Shown: one piece after another, positions 1 through 8,966 of the stretch
Position numbering within the stretch: the stretch's first letter is position 1
Layout of the letters: each line of letters begins with the position of its first letter
Assembly: GCF_002945325.1 (NCBI RefSeq)
Contig: NZ_CP026606.1
Coordinates: 630,001 to 662,000, forward strand
DNA length: 32,000 nucleotides
Reading direction: 5' to 3'
Origin: Methanococcus maripaludis
Lineage (GTDB): Archaea; AGJL01; Methanococci; Methanococcales; Methanococcaceae
Program-made: the position numbers and the translations under genes
The notes under the pieces: model-generated
Told to the model about the DNA's origin: nothing
Database searches by the model: none
What the model saw: only the letters and a program-made list of their open reading frames with translations

Positions 1-1825
1 CCTGATCGTCAAGTCCATAGTAATAAAGTTCTGCAATTTGGACCCAGTCCTTGGCTTGTGATTCATAATACCATGCTTTATTTTTTCCCTCTATAATTGA
101 ATCCGTATTAGTTAAAGAAATAGCAGTTAACGAATCAATTGCCTTTTGGTAGTAATCAATAGCTTTTTGGTAAGCATTTTCCGAGTCCGTGTCATCTGCA
201 AAATCTCTGTTACTTTCAAGTTCTGCAATTTTTGACAGATAGTCCGCTACATCCCCCTCAAACATTGCCTCTGTTTGTTCTTTTTCTGATGCGGTGAAAT
301 CCCCATCTGCAAGGAAACTATCTATCAATTTTGAGTGGTCTGTAATTACGAAAACATAATTTGACCTAATTGTTATTCGAGGCTTTGAAATAGCCCATAC
401 TGGAAAAGACCTATCAGGATTATCTTCGGTTTGATATATTCTTCCTGAAACTAAAAGGAATGGATATATAGCGACTGTATCCTCATCTGAGTTATAGTCG
501 AGGATCGTGTTAATTACTCCAACCTTTGTAAGGTCCGGTAAAATTCCATCTGATTTTGAATCTGTTGAAATTGTTGAAGTTCCATCTGCATGATAATTAA
601 TTGCAACTAATCTGTAAGATACATTTTGAATTTTCATATCAGTTGAATAAGTATCAAAATATTCAGGATAACCGATAATAGTTACAGAATACCCGGCAGG
701 ATTGTTTAATTCATGAATCATCGAGGATTTAATAGTCATAACAATGTTTGAAGTAGCACCGTTTGCATCGGCCTTAAAAGCAAACATTTCGTCATCGTAT
801 TGATCCCTATATTCAGAACCTAAACCGCCCTCTTTTCCTTTGTGGTCCACGATTCCATCAAGGATTGATTGAGTAGCAGATGTTGTATGCCTATATGAAA
901 TGTAAGATGTGTTCTTCCAGGGGTCATCTTTTCCATCATCGTCATCATCCCATCTAAGAGGCTTATCTTCTTCTTCCTCAGGGGTATGTTCCTCTAAATC
1001 CCATCGGGCCCACTCTGCGTTTTCTTTCCAAACGACTAAATTATGGTTAACTTCGGTGTATATTTCAAAATTTTCTACATCCGCAGTAACAAGAGCGTTT
1101 AAATCATTTAAATCTAAATTTCCGCCCTGAGTCATAACAGCGACTTCCGATGCGTAATCATCAGGAACTTTTAAGATTGCATCAAAAGTATGTTCCTGGT
1201 TTTCAGAAGTAATATTCAAATCAGTTAGTTCATATTTGGATACAACAGTTCCCCCTTGCATAACTTTAAAAGTTACTGAATTTATCTCAGTATGGCCGAT
1301 AACATCTATTGTATATTGATCGTCCCCATAATCGATAACATCTTCGGGGAACATTGAATCTATTGAAGGAGTTTTCACAGTTATTCTAACTGGAAAGACT
1401 GAAAAACCACCTATTTTATCAGGGGCGTTAATTACTTCTTGAACCAATCCCCCAACTTCATATCCTACACAATAATAAGAAACCATATCAGATTTTATCT
1501 CATCTAAAATCCTTTGTGTGGAGTTTGAGGCTTCGATAATTGATTGTTCCTTATCCCCCATTACCGCCTCGGCAGAGGATTGCTCGGTTTCGTTTTGTGT
1601 TCCATTAAACACAATATCTGAGGGCGTATCATCTGTTGTGTTACTTGGCGGTAAATCAACAGTATTTCCACCAGTTAACCAGTCCCATATATCAGTAAAT
1701 AAAGTTCCGGTTCCAGTTCCACCGCCATCATCTATTCCCACATATCCGGTTCCATCCGCAAATACTGAAAATGGAGAAATTAAGACCAGAAAAAGGATAA
1801 ATAAAGATTTAGTTTGTAGCTTCAT
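1..1825 (-). CDS. Secreted protein, 3'-truncated by the window edge (more than 608 aa); not in the supplied ORF track
   Basis: Hand translation of the minus strand from ATG at 1825-1823 (GGGTGG RBS 7 nt upstream) stays open to base 1. N-terminus MKLQTKSLFILFLVLISPFSVFADG is signal-peptide-like. An acidic patch reads EEHTPEEEEDKPLRWDDDDDGKDD. The start overlaps the end of the upstream ORF by 17 nt. Confidence 0.7.
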   Translation of the reverse strand, partial: MKLQTKSLFILFLVLISPFSVFADGTGYVGIDDGGGTGTGTLFTDIWDWLTGGNTVDLPPSNTTDDTPSDIVFNGTQNETEQSSAEAVMGDKEQSIIEASNSTQRILDEIKSDMVSYYCVGYEVGGLVQEVINAPDKIGGFSVFPVRITVKTPSIDSMFPEDVIDYGDDQYTIDVIGHTEINSVTFKVMQGGTVVSKYELTDLNITSENQEHTFDAILKVPDDYASEVAVMTQGGNLDLNDLNALVTADVENFEIYTEVNHNLVVWKENAEWARWDLEEHTPEEEEDKPLRWDDDDDGKDDPWKNTSYISYRHTTSATQSILDGIVDHKGKEGGLGSEYRDQYDDEMFAFKADANGATSNIVMTIKSSMIHELNNPAGYSVTIIGYPEYFDTYSTDMKIQNVSYRLVAINYHADGTSTISTDSKSDGILPDLTKVGVINTILDYNSDEDTVAIYPFLLVSGRIYQTEDNPDRSFPVWAISKPRITIRSNYVFVITDHSKLIDSFLADGDFTASEKEQTEAMFEGDVADYLSKIAELESNRDFADDTDSENAYQKAIDYYQKAIDSLTAISLTNTDSIIEGKNKAWYYESQAKDWVQIAELYYYGLDDQ

Positions 1826-2027
1826 CTTGTATCCACCCTAATTTAAGCGATATTTGGTATAATCCCCAAATTACGAAACCACCAAGTAGTGCAGTCAAGT
1901 AAAAAATATTTCCTTCAAGAGTTGCAGGTCCTGAATTGTAAGATTGAGTAATAGTTACTGCATCTGCAGTAACTGAATTCATTAATAATCCAAGGCCAAG
2001 AATGAAAGTTGAAATTTTTAATCTCAT
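1809..2027 (-). CDS. Small secreted/membrane-anchored protein (72 aa)
   Basis: Signal-like N-terminus (MRLKISTFILGLGLLMNSVTADA) and a hydrophobic segment (IFYLTALLGGFVIWGLYQI). ATGA start/stop overlap with the upstream 752-aa ORF. Confidence 0.55.
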   Translation of the reverse strand: MRLKISTFILGLGLLMNSVTADAVTITQSYNSGPATLEGNIFYLTALLGGFVIWGLYQISLKLGWIQDEATN

Positions 2028-4282
2028 TTTTTTCGACCCCCTGGAATTAATGTTGAACCTCCAATAACCATGAATAAAGCTACTAATCCAACAAGTAAAG
2101 GATTATTTTTAGCCATATCGATTATTGTATCGGGACTTATTGAACCGAATGAAATTCCTGAGGGGATTAATGCAGTAATATCGAGCCCTGAAAGGTCAAC
2201 ACCACCAACAGATAAACCAGTCGAATCAATGTTCAATATTATTGATTCCTCAAGAATATTTTCATAAATACCGTTTGAATCTTTTAAATAAACTGTTGCA
2301 GTCAATAAATAAGAGTCAAATGTTAAATTTTCACCAACTGGAACTAACAAAGTTTGTGATTTTGTTACTCCTGGACTTACTGAAAATTCAGTTATTGAAG
2401 GCTCAGATAAACCATCCCCGGAAATTTCTACTTTATAGTATTGTGGCGATGTAAATAAATTCTGAATATTTACAGATAAACTGGATGCAGTCCCAGGTTT
2501 CCCAGTAATTGTAGTTTGGGAAAACAATATCGGATTTACAACCTCAATATTTAGGTAAGAATTGATTAAATCTCCCGATAGGATTCTTACCCTATAATCT
2601 CCGGTTTCTTCGAAAGTAATTTCGAAATCGTGTGATTCATAACCTGAAAATGCGTAAGAATCAGAATAAACGATATTATTCTCTGCATCTTCAACCTGAA
2701 TCATAACTAATCTATTTTCTCCTTCCGTTTCTGAAATTCTTAAATTATTTGAACCAATGTTCCATTTTGAAGGAACTGTTAAAGTTAATGGCAACTGGAC
2801 AACTTCGTACGTAAAAGACGTATCAGTTACATAACTCTGCCCTAATGTTCCATAACCCATAACACGCATTTGTAAAGCGTTTGTTCCAAGAGTTTCCCCT
2901 GACATAAATTTAATAGTAATATCTGTTGGAACTGATATATCCCCAATTAAATATCCGCCATTTACATACGGTATTTGAGTATTACTTGAATCTCTAACAT
3001 CTAATACCTCTTTTCCTGAAAGATATATCTTAGTTGAACTTGACATAGCTTTTGGGCTAATTGTTACAGTTACAGGAACCTCTGAGTTTTTGAAAGTGTT
3101 AATATCTGTTGGAACTTGTATTGAATACATAACAGATAACGGATAAAACCGGATATCTAATGAATCAAATGATTCATCAATATTTAATGTTCGAGTTTCA
3201 TTCCAGTAGCCTGATTTAACGAATTTAAATAAGTGTGAACCTCTTGGCAATTGCACGGTTTGCCCATTTGAAACCGTATTAACTAATTCATCATCGATAT
3301 ACATCGATACACTCGCTAATCCGCCCTCTGAATTTGTTAATGTTAATTCAACAGGTAAATGAGTTGTTTCCATATCTACTGAAACCGTCAAATCAGAACC
3401 ATCTACAATTACAGTTTGGGTTACGTTATAATAACCATCTTTTAAGAAAGTCAAATAATGCGTTCCGTCAGTCAAATAAGCAGTACCTAAATTATCAAAC
3501 GTACCGAGGGAATTTCCAGAATCAAATACTTCAATTCCATCTACATTTGAATCAAATGTAGCCACATACCGAGCAGGAGGCGTATATATTTCAGATATAG
3601 TAAAATCAGTCCTATTGACTGCGGAGTAAGTACTGTAATCTACATAATCAAATAATACTATTGAAGTAGTTGTTTTTTGATATCCATGTAAGTTAGTCCA
3701 AGCAATTCTCATAGTGCTATCCGCAGGAAAAACAGCCGAATCATAATAATAAGTCGTTGATTCTCCACCCGCATAAAACAACTGAACCCCATTAAGCGAT
3801 ATTTTCAGATAATTTCCACCGGAATAATCAGAATGGACATAAGAATACATATAACCATATTGAGTTTTGGAAGTATCAATATCAAAATCTTGATACATAT
3901 CTGACGCATAAGGAGTGTAAGCCTGACCGTCAATTAATAATACCGTCATAGGAGTTAATATTCCATCAATATATACATCAAAATCCCCATTAAAAGGAAT
4001 AACCTTATTTGTATAAGATACAACGGAACAGAAACGAGCCAAATCGTTTTTAGATGCAAAATACATTTTTGGGCCGTCAATTCCAGTTATGGAAGGTGCA
4101 TAAACACCAAAATCATAAGCGGACATTGTAGAATTTATCAAATCCCAAGTAAGTGTATCATCAGCAAATAAAACATAATAACCAGATGTAGACCCAGTTT
4201 CGGGAATAGTACACGTTACCGCAGAAACAGAACCAATACACCCGATTAAGAGCAATAAAAAAAGGAAAAAAGATTTTTTCAT
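2024..4282 (-). CDS. Large secreted, C-terminally membrane-anchored surface protein with PEGA/CarboxypepD_reg-like repeats (752 aa)
   Basis: Signal-like MKKSFFLFLLLLIGCIGSVSA. C-terminal anchor LLVGLVALFMVIGGSTLIPGGRKK. Two adjacent repeats, GTHYLTFLKDGYYNVTQTV and GSHLFKFVKSGYWNETRTL (DNA about 3143-3562). Many N-x-S/T sequons. Confidence 0.85.
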   Translation of the reverse strand: MKKSFFLFLLLLIGCIGSVSAVTCTIPETGSTSGYYVLFADDTLTWDLINSTMSAYDFGVYAPSITGIDGPKMYFASKNDLARFCSVVSYTNKVIPFNGDFDVYIDGILTPMTVLLIDGQAYTPYASDMYQDFDIDTSKTQYGYMYSYVHSDYSGGNYLKISLNGVQLFYAGGESTTYYYDSAVFPADSTMRIAWTNLHGYQKTTTSIVLFDYVDYSTYSAVNRTDFTISEIYTPPARYVATFDSNVDGIEVFDSGNSLGTFDNLGTAYLTDGTHYLTFLKDGYYNVTQTVIVDGSDLTVSVDMETTHLPVELTLTNSEGGLASVSMYIDDELVNTVSNGQTVQLPRGSHLFKFVKSGYWNETRTLNIDESFDSLDIRFYPLSVMYSIQVPTDINTFKNSEVPVTVTISPKAMSSSTKIYLSGKEVLDVRDSSNTQIPYVNGGYLIGDISVPTDITIKFMSGETLGTNALQMRVMGYGTLGQSYVTDTSFTYEVVQLPLTLTVPSKWNIGSNNLRISETEGENRLVMIQVEDAENNIVYSDSYAFSGYESHDFEITFEETGDYRVRILSGDLINSYLNIEVVNPILFSQTTITGKPGTASSLSVNIQNLFTSPQYYKVEISGDGLSEPSITEFSVSPGVTKSQTLLVPVGENLTFDSYLLTATVYLKDSNGIYENILEESIILNIDSTGLSVGGVDLSGLDITALIPSGISFGSISPDTIIDMAKNNPLLVGLVALFMVIGGSTLIPGGRKK

Positions 4283-4294
4283 GTGTTTTCCCCC

Positions 4295-4879
4295 TTATTC
4301 TTTAAATATAATTCCGCAGAACCAAGCACCGATCACTAATAAGCCTATCCAAATGTAATTTTCATACATATTGAAAAATCGAGTAAATTGTTCGGTTAAT
4401 CCATCACCGGTGATAATTCCAACAATAGCCCCATCATCTGAGGAGTCATCTGTTGTATCATCGGTAGTGTTTGTATCATCTAAAGTTGAATCTGTTGTAT
4501 TAGTATCATCAGTAGTTGTATTCTCTTCTACGGTTTCGTTAACCGTATCATCAGTAGTGTTAGTTTCTTCGGTAGTGTTAGTGTCTTCTACGGTTTCGTT
4601 AACAACCGTTTCAATCATAGTTATTGATATTGAGGAATTTTCATCGATAATCTCGAATGTATCCGTTAAATTATCGTATCCATCTTTAACAAAAGTTAAA
4701 GTTACGTTTCCAGCATCTAAAGTGATAGTTTCTGAATTGTTAAAAACTCCAATTGACGCACCATCTTTTATGATGTCTACTTCATCCACGTTTGACGTGA
4801 AAGGAATTGCTAAAGCAGATACAGAACCTACCAATAGCAAAAGCAGTATTCCAAAAATACCAAATTTTTTTACGTTCAT
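4295..4879 (-). CDS. Secreted, C-terminally anchored protein with one PEGA-like domain plus a Thr/Asn/Asp-rich stalk (194 aa)
   Basis: Signal-like MNVKKFGIFGILLLLLVGSVSALA. Motif GNVTLTFVKDGYDNLTDTF is the same as in the 752-aa protein. Low-complexity stretch NTTEETNTTDDT... C-terminal TM segment IWIGLLVIGAWFCGIIF. Confidence 0.8.
   Translation of the reverse strand: MNVKKFGIFGILLLLLVGSVSALAIPFTSNVDEVDIIKDGASIGVFNNSETITLDAGNVTLTFVKDGYDNLTDTFEIIDENSSISITMIETVVNETVEDTNTTEETNTTDDTVNETVEENTTTDDTNTTDSTLDDTNTTDDTTDDSSDDGAIVGIITGDGLTEQFTRFFNMYENYIWIGLLVIGAWFCGIIFKE
4524..4603. repeat. Exact 20-nt repeat (tcttctacggtttcgttaac) at 60-nt spacing inside the stalk-coding region
   Basis: Copies read directly at 4524-4543 and 4584-4603. 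They encode the NETVE(E/D) starts of two roughly 20-aa Thr/Asn-rich units. Confidence 0.8.
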
Positions 4880-4890
4880 ATAACCACCAG

Positions 4891-5265
4891 TTAATCATTA
4901 AGAGCTAATACAATTATTGCAAGTGCATTTACGACCAAAACAGCCTTTTGGAGTGTTGGGTCTGATAAATAGCCTATTGAACCGGCTAAGAATGAATATG
5001 CCAAAAATGAAACTGCACAAACTAAAATAGAGCCAACCTCTTGGGTTTGGTAACTGTATTTGTGGGCATTTCTTCTACCTGAAAGGAGAACCATTGCAAG
5101 ACCTAAAGGTCCGACTATTGTATAGAATGTTTGGCTAACGAATTGAATGTTTAATAACATCATTTTGCCAACCAAACCAAGCATAAAGAGAAAACCGCCC
5201 GTCATTTCGTAACGGTCAATCCTTTTTCCAGCTATAAAGATTTCATCACTCATTTTATCACTCAA
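4891..5265 (-). CDS. Small polytopic membrane protein (124 aa)
   Basis: Several hydrophobic helices (GGFLFMLGLVGKMMLL, IVGPLGLAMVLL, ILVCAVSFLAYSFLAG, AVLVVNALAIIVLAL). 8-nt overlap with the upstream ORF. Confidence 0.7.
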   Translation of the reverse strand: MSDKMSDEIFIAGKRIDRYEMTGGFLFMLGLVGKMMLLNIQFVSQTFYTIVGPLGLAMVLLSGRRNAHKYSYQTQEVGSILVCAVSFLAYSFLAGSIGYLSDPTLQKAVLVVNALAIIVLALND

Positions 5266-5644
5266 ATTTCAAAATTGTTAAGCAAACAACGTCAATTATT
5301 AAATATATCATTCCAGTTCCTGAAACGAGTAATCCACCAATTAAAGGAATCTGTCCGATTGTTGCGGTAATTATTGCTTCCGAAAGAGTCAATAATAGAA
5401 CAATCATAGCACAAATTTTTACAGGACCTATTCGTTCAGTTGTTCCAAAGAGAATAGCCCCGATGACAACGCAAGAGGCCCAGCCAAATGTTGAATAAGC
5501 CGATGCAACCAAAGGACCAACACCGGGAATAAAACTCAAGAGATTAATTCCTTGACCTGAAAAAGTAATTACAATCCCAGCGAAATAGAGAAGTAAAGTT
5601 CCTTTTTCTTCGTCAATAAGTCCAAAAAGTTTTTCCTGAGTCAT
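5258..5644 (-). CDS. Small polytopic membrane protein (128 aa)
   Basis: Hydrophobic throughout (LLLYFAGIVITF, WASCVVIGAILFG, ICAMIVLLLTL, GGLLVSGTGMIYLIIDVVCL). Tightly packed in the operon. Confidence 0.7.
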   Translation of the reverse strand: MTQEKLFGLIDEEKGTLLLYFAGIVITFSGQGINLLSFIPGVGPLVASAYSTFGWASCVVIGAILFGTTERIGPVKICAMIVLLLTLSEAIITATIGQIPLIGGLLVSGTGMIYLIIDVVCLTILKFE

Positions 5645-5653
5645 GATATCATC

Positions 5654-5863
5654 TTATTTGTATTTCGAGTATAACAGGTATCCAACAACAGCCAATAATA
5701 TCATAACGGCAAGACTCACGTTATTTGGTTCCCACATACTGAAAAATGGGAACTGCAACAGATAGTTAATAATCTGCAATTTTAAATCTGCAAATGGGGT
5801 AAAACACCCAGCTAACACAAGCAGGACAACTCCGGCAAGTGCGTATTCCTCTTTTTTAGTCAT
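5654..5863 (-). CDS. Small membrane protein (69 aa)
   Basis: Two hydrophobic helices. ATGA overlap with the upstream ORF. Confidence 0.6.
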   Translation of the reverse strand: MTKKEEYALAGVVLLVLAGCFTPFADLKLQIINYLLQFPFFSMWEPNNVSLAVMILLAVVGYLLYSKYK

Positions 5864-6087
5864 TTAACCACCAGTTTACCAGTTGGATTTTTAAAAGCAT
5901 ACATAAAGGCAAGAACAACCAAAATTACCGCCCCATATGTCGAAAGTACCTCATACGGAATCCCTGAGAGTAGCGGAAAGCAACTCACAAGTAATGCAGT
6001 AAATTTTTGTTGAACAAGCGAAGTGTTTATCAAAATTCCCCCAGCAAGGAGAAAAATTGAAACCTCGTTAAAATCTACTTTTGACAC
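5860..6087 (-). CDS. Small membrane protein (75 aa), first gene of the surface-module operon
   Basis: GTG start with AGGTG 8 nt upstream. Two or three hydrophobic helices. Preceded by a 195-bp intergenic gap. Confidence 0.6.
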   Translation of the reverse strand: MSKVDFNEVSIFLLAGGILINTSLVQQKFTALLVSCFPLLSGIPYEVLSTYGAVILVVLAFMYAFKNPTGKLVVK

Positions 6088-6232
6088 ACAATTTACACCT
6101 AAAAAATTTTTAAGGACTAAGAAATTTGAGTTCAGGCGATGATTGTTAGTGTCTTAGTCCCATAGTAATAATAATGTAAAAATAGCCTTTTATAGGTCAG
6201 TTTAAACCAGTAAAACAGAGTTTTAGAAATTT

Positions 6233-6282
6233 AGAAAAAAAGAAATTCAGAAAAACAGAAAAACAGAAAAAAAGAAATACTT
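6233..6282 (-). terminator. Oligo-T tract (minus strand) downstream of the NTPase gene, including 3 tandem CAGAAAAA units
   Basis: The plus strand reads cagaaaaacagaaaaacagaaaaaaag (6248 onward), which gives T-runs on the coding strand immediately after the stop at 6283. Archaeal terminators are oligo-T tracts. Confidence 0.4.
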
Positions 6283-6942
6283 TTATTTCTTCTTAGAACC
6301 TAATTTAGCGGATAATTCGACCTTTATATTATCAACAATACGATCGAACTCATCACTTCTGGTATTATGTTCTTTATTTTTCATTTCCATAAAGTATTCA
6401 AAATCAGGGGCCTTAACTGAAAGATTGAATATAGGGGTCATAATCGTTCCTTTTCTTAAAATAGTTGCAGGAATAAAATATTCCCTTATTCTCTTATCTA
6501 CACCCTTTTCTTTTGGAGTTGTAGCAAAAACTAAAGGAATCTCAGTTCTAATGAACTGTAAAAGTTTTCCAAATTCTTTAGAAACTTTTGTTCCAAAATC
6601 CCTGGCATCAAACCATTTTCCGATATCTTCAATAACTAACATGTCGCATCTTCTAAGATCCGCAGGAGATAAAGCTAATACTGTATCATAACCTAATTTA
6701 TCAAAATAATTACATAAAGCAATAGAGTGAGTTGTTTTCCATGAACCTCTTCGTCCAGTTAGTAAAAAGGCAGTATGCCCTTTTATTGGCTTATTCATTT
6801 TCAATATCATTTCGGGGTCTTTTTCCATAATAGAAGGCTTTGCTAAACTATAATCAAATCCCAAAATATTATCTAACTGATGCGAATCTTTGTTACCAAA
6901 ATCATAACTTCCAAACAGGCCCATGTTAACTATAAAACTCAC
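6283..6942 (-). CDS. P-loop NTPase (219 aa)
   Basis: Walker A-like LLTGRRGSWKTT and Walker B-like CDMLVIEDIG. GTG start; an alternative ATG lies at 6924. Confidence 0.8.
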   Translation of the reverse strand: MSFIVNMGLFGSYDFGNKDSHQLDNILGFDYSLAKPSIMEKDPEMILKMNKPIKGHTAFLLTGRRGSWKTTHSIALCNYFDKLGYDTVLALSPADLRRCDMLVIEDIGKWFDARDFGTKVSKEFGKLLQFIRTEIPLVFATTPKEKGVDKRIREYFIPATILRKGTIMTPIFNLSVKAPDFEYFMEMKNKEHNTRSDEFDRIVDNIKVELSAKLGSKKK

Positions 6943-6945
6943 CTT

Positions 6946-7218
6946 TTACTCTTCTTTATTCATACTAAATTCTTCAAGCATTGCTTGAAACTCTTGCCAG
7001 GTTTTTTCATCCCCAATCATTGAAAGGAGAAGAGGATATTTCACAGGTTCAAAAGCAACAATCCTTTTAGCCCTTTGAACGAGCCAGTATCCATTTAATT
7101 TAGGATTACATCTCGCCATAAAGAACATGAGAACATCGGTATTAGGTGTTAGATTCTCCGGACCCACTATCTGATTGATTAGTTTCCTCATTTCCAGGTC
7201 CATCTCTGGATTCATCAT
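6946..7218 (-). CDS. Hypothetical protein (90 aa)
   Basis: ORF track entry. Its 5' end overlaps the upstream ORF by up to 77 nt, so the true start may be an internal Met. The stop is 3 nt before the NTPase start. Confidence 0.55.
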   Translation of the reverse strand: MMNPEMDLEMRKLINQIVGPENLTPNTDVLMFFMARCNPKLNGYWLVQRAKRIVAFEPVKYPLLLSMIGDEKTWQEFQAMLEEFSMNKEE

Positions 7219-8650
7219 CTATTTTCACATCCATCGATTTATTTTGTTCTTCGGTTTTTTTCAGTAAATCCTTAATATTTCGCATTGCAAGAGGATATAC
7301 ATCTCTCAAGACTTGTTCCATTGCAAGTGCCATAAGTTCTTGAGCTTCAACTCCCATAAGACCGGCTTTTTCATAGTACATACCAGCCCATTTTTTGACT
7401 GATTCGGTTATTTTTCCTAAGTTATCAGATAAAAACACGCATTCCGCAGTCGTTTTATCCATAATACAGGATTTATTTATCCAAATCTCACCGGTTACTT
7501 TGCCTACTTTTCCCATGAATAGAGTTTTTACCCACCTAAATAAATTATAAACCGTTTCTCCTATCGATTTAGATTGTTTAAGTGCTTGTTCAGATTCTTC
7601 AAGGTAATCTATAACTTGATAATCAGTTATAATTTTACATTTTCCTTTATAGTCTTTTAGAGTAGAAACGAAGTTCCATTCATCGACTTCATCATATTCT
7701 ATATGCTTGTAAGTCTTATCGTGCCAAAGCACTCTTTTTTTCTCTCCATCTTGTTCGTATGGAACAGAAATATCGTACACGGTTTTATTTGCAAAATCAA
7801 TACGAATATATGTTAGTAGCTTCTTAGTGTGGACGTAATAAGCCACCCGCGATGCAAGATACGGTATTAGAAAGAGATAGAAGTTATAATAAGACCAGAT
7901 GTATTTAAAATCCCAGGCAAATTTTAACCAGGGAATAGTTAAAGATTTTGAATTAAATACAATAAAATCTTTCCAGGCAGTTGCTTCAAATGGAAAACCA
8001 TACTTATAAAACAAGAATAATAACGCCAATCCCACATTTAAACGAGTAATAGGTAGGATTGATTGTTTAAACCTGATTAATAAGTTTTTTTCGATATATT
8101 TGTTTTTTACATGAAACATGACTAAAACAAACAAGATAATCGAAAGGATTGCACGGTCCCAGCCCATTTTTGAAATGGCCCCTTTTGTTGCATATAACAA
8201 CTCATCGGGTAAATTTCCAGACTGTAAAACATCTTCAATTTGACAGAATTTATTATCATAGAGGAAAATATAATTTATATATCCGTAACTTGTGTATGGA
8301 TTTGTAAAATTATATTTGTGAGTTCCTGTATCTATTCTAACCTCTGAAAACCCCGATGCACCTCTTGTGTATTTGTACTTATATCCATCATAGACAGATA
8401 CCCACTTAGGATTTCCTGAATTAGTTATTTCAAATATCAAGGTCTTAGAAGTCTTATTATAGTAATAAGAATCTATTACCATATCAGAAAATGAAGTTAA
8501 ACTTCCTTTTGTCATATATTCCGCAGTTAACGGATCCGCAGGTTCTATATTTTCCGCATTCACAAAAGGAATGCAGCAAATAATTAATAACAATATTATG
8601 ATTTTATTCGGCATATGTTTCATAAAACAACCTACCATCGTTATTCTCAA
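7142..8650 (-). CDS. Large membrane protein with an extracytoplasmic N-domain, TM helices and a cytoplasmic C-domain (about 490-502 aa)
   Basis: Signal-like KIIILLLIICCIPFVNA. TM helices AILSIILFVLVMF, LNVGLALLFLFYKYGF and NFYLFLIPYLASRVAYYV. The likely start is MKHM or MPNK, not the first Met in the track. Confidence 0.75.
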   Translation of the reverse strand: MRITMVGCFMKHMPNKIIILLLIICCIPFVNAENIEPADPLTAEYMTKGSLTSFSDMVIDSYYYNKTSKTLIFEITNSGNPKWVSVYDGYKYKYTRGASGFSEVRIDTGTHKYNFTNPYTSYGYINYIFLYDNKFCQIEDVLQSGNLPDELLYATKGAISKMGWDRAILSIILFVLVMFHVKNKYIEKNLLIRFKQSILPITRLNVGLALLFLFYKYGFPFEATAWKDFIVFNSKSLTIPWLKFAWDFKYIWSYYNFYLFLIPYLASRVAYYVHTKKLLTYIRIDFANKTVYDISVPYEQDGEKKRVLWHDKTYKHIEYDEVDEWNFVSTLKDYKGKCKIITDYQVIDYLEESEQALKQSKSIGETVYNLFRWVKTLFMGKVGKVTGEIWINKSCIMDKTTAECVFLSDNLGKITESVKKWAGMYYEKAGLMGVEAQELMALAMEQVLRDVYPLAMRNIKDLLKKTEEQNKSMDVKIDDESRDGPGNEETNQSDSGSGESNT

Positions 8651-8948
8651 AATCTCTCATTATTTCGGAAGAATGAACAGAAACAAGTACATACTGAGGA
8701 ATATTATGTTTTGTAAGAAGTTTAACCTTTAAAGCAAGATGCTTTTTTCTTTTAGTTTGAACTCTTAATCCAAATATACCGCATTTCCAACCTTTTTTTA
8801 AAAGATACTCTTTTAAATCAACTTTTTCTATAACTTCACTCGCTCTCTGTTTAGCAATTTCGACTAAATCCTTATTTTTGACACCGTAAGTAATGTCTGA
8901 ATGGATTATCAGACCGGGGTCTACCTTTGAGGTTTCTGCAATTATCAC
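8604..8948 (-). CDS. Hypothetical protein (114 aa)
   Basis: ORF track entry, co-directional and tightly packed. No motif recognised. Confidence 0.6.
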   Translation of the reverse strand: MIIAETSKVDPGLIIHSDITYGVKNKDLVEIAKQRASEVIEKVDLKEYLLKKGWKCGIFGLRVQTKRKKHLALKVKLLTKHNIPQYVLVSVHSSEIMRDFENNDGRLFYETYAE

Positions 8949-8966
8949 CTAAAACACCCTAAAAAA

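Noticed and set aside
909-1841. Track ORFs 909-1130 and 1518-1841 on the plus strand
   Set aside because: Both lie antisense to the long open minus-strand frame 1-1825 and are Ser/Pro-rich low-complexity sequence.
4371-4883. 170-aa plus-strand ORF antisense to the 194-aa surface protein
   Set aside because: It is the mirror image of the Thr/Asp-rich repeat (it reads as a Ser/Val repeat). The minus-strand ORF has a signal peptide, a PEGA-like motif and a TM anchor.
6248-6275. CAGAAAAA tandem units as a CRISPR or satellite array
   Set aside because: There are only three 8-nt units with no spacers. This is better explained as an oligo-T terminator tract on the coding strand. No CRISPR-like array occurs anywhere in the window.
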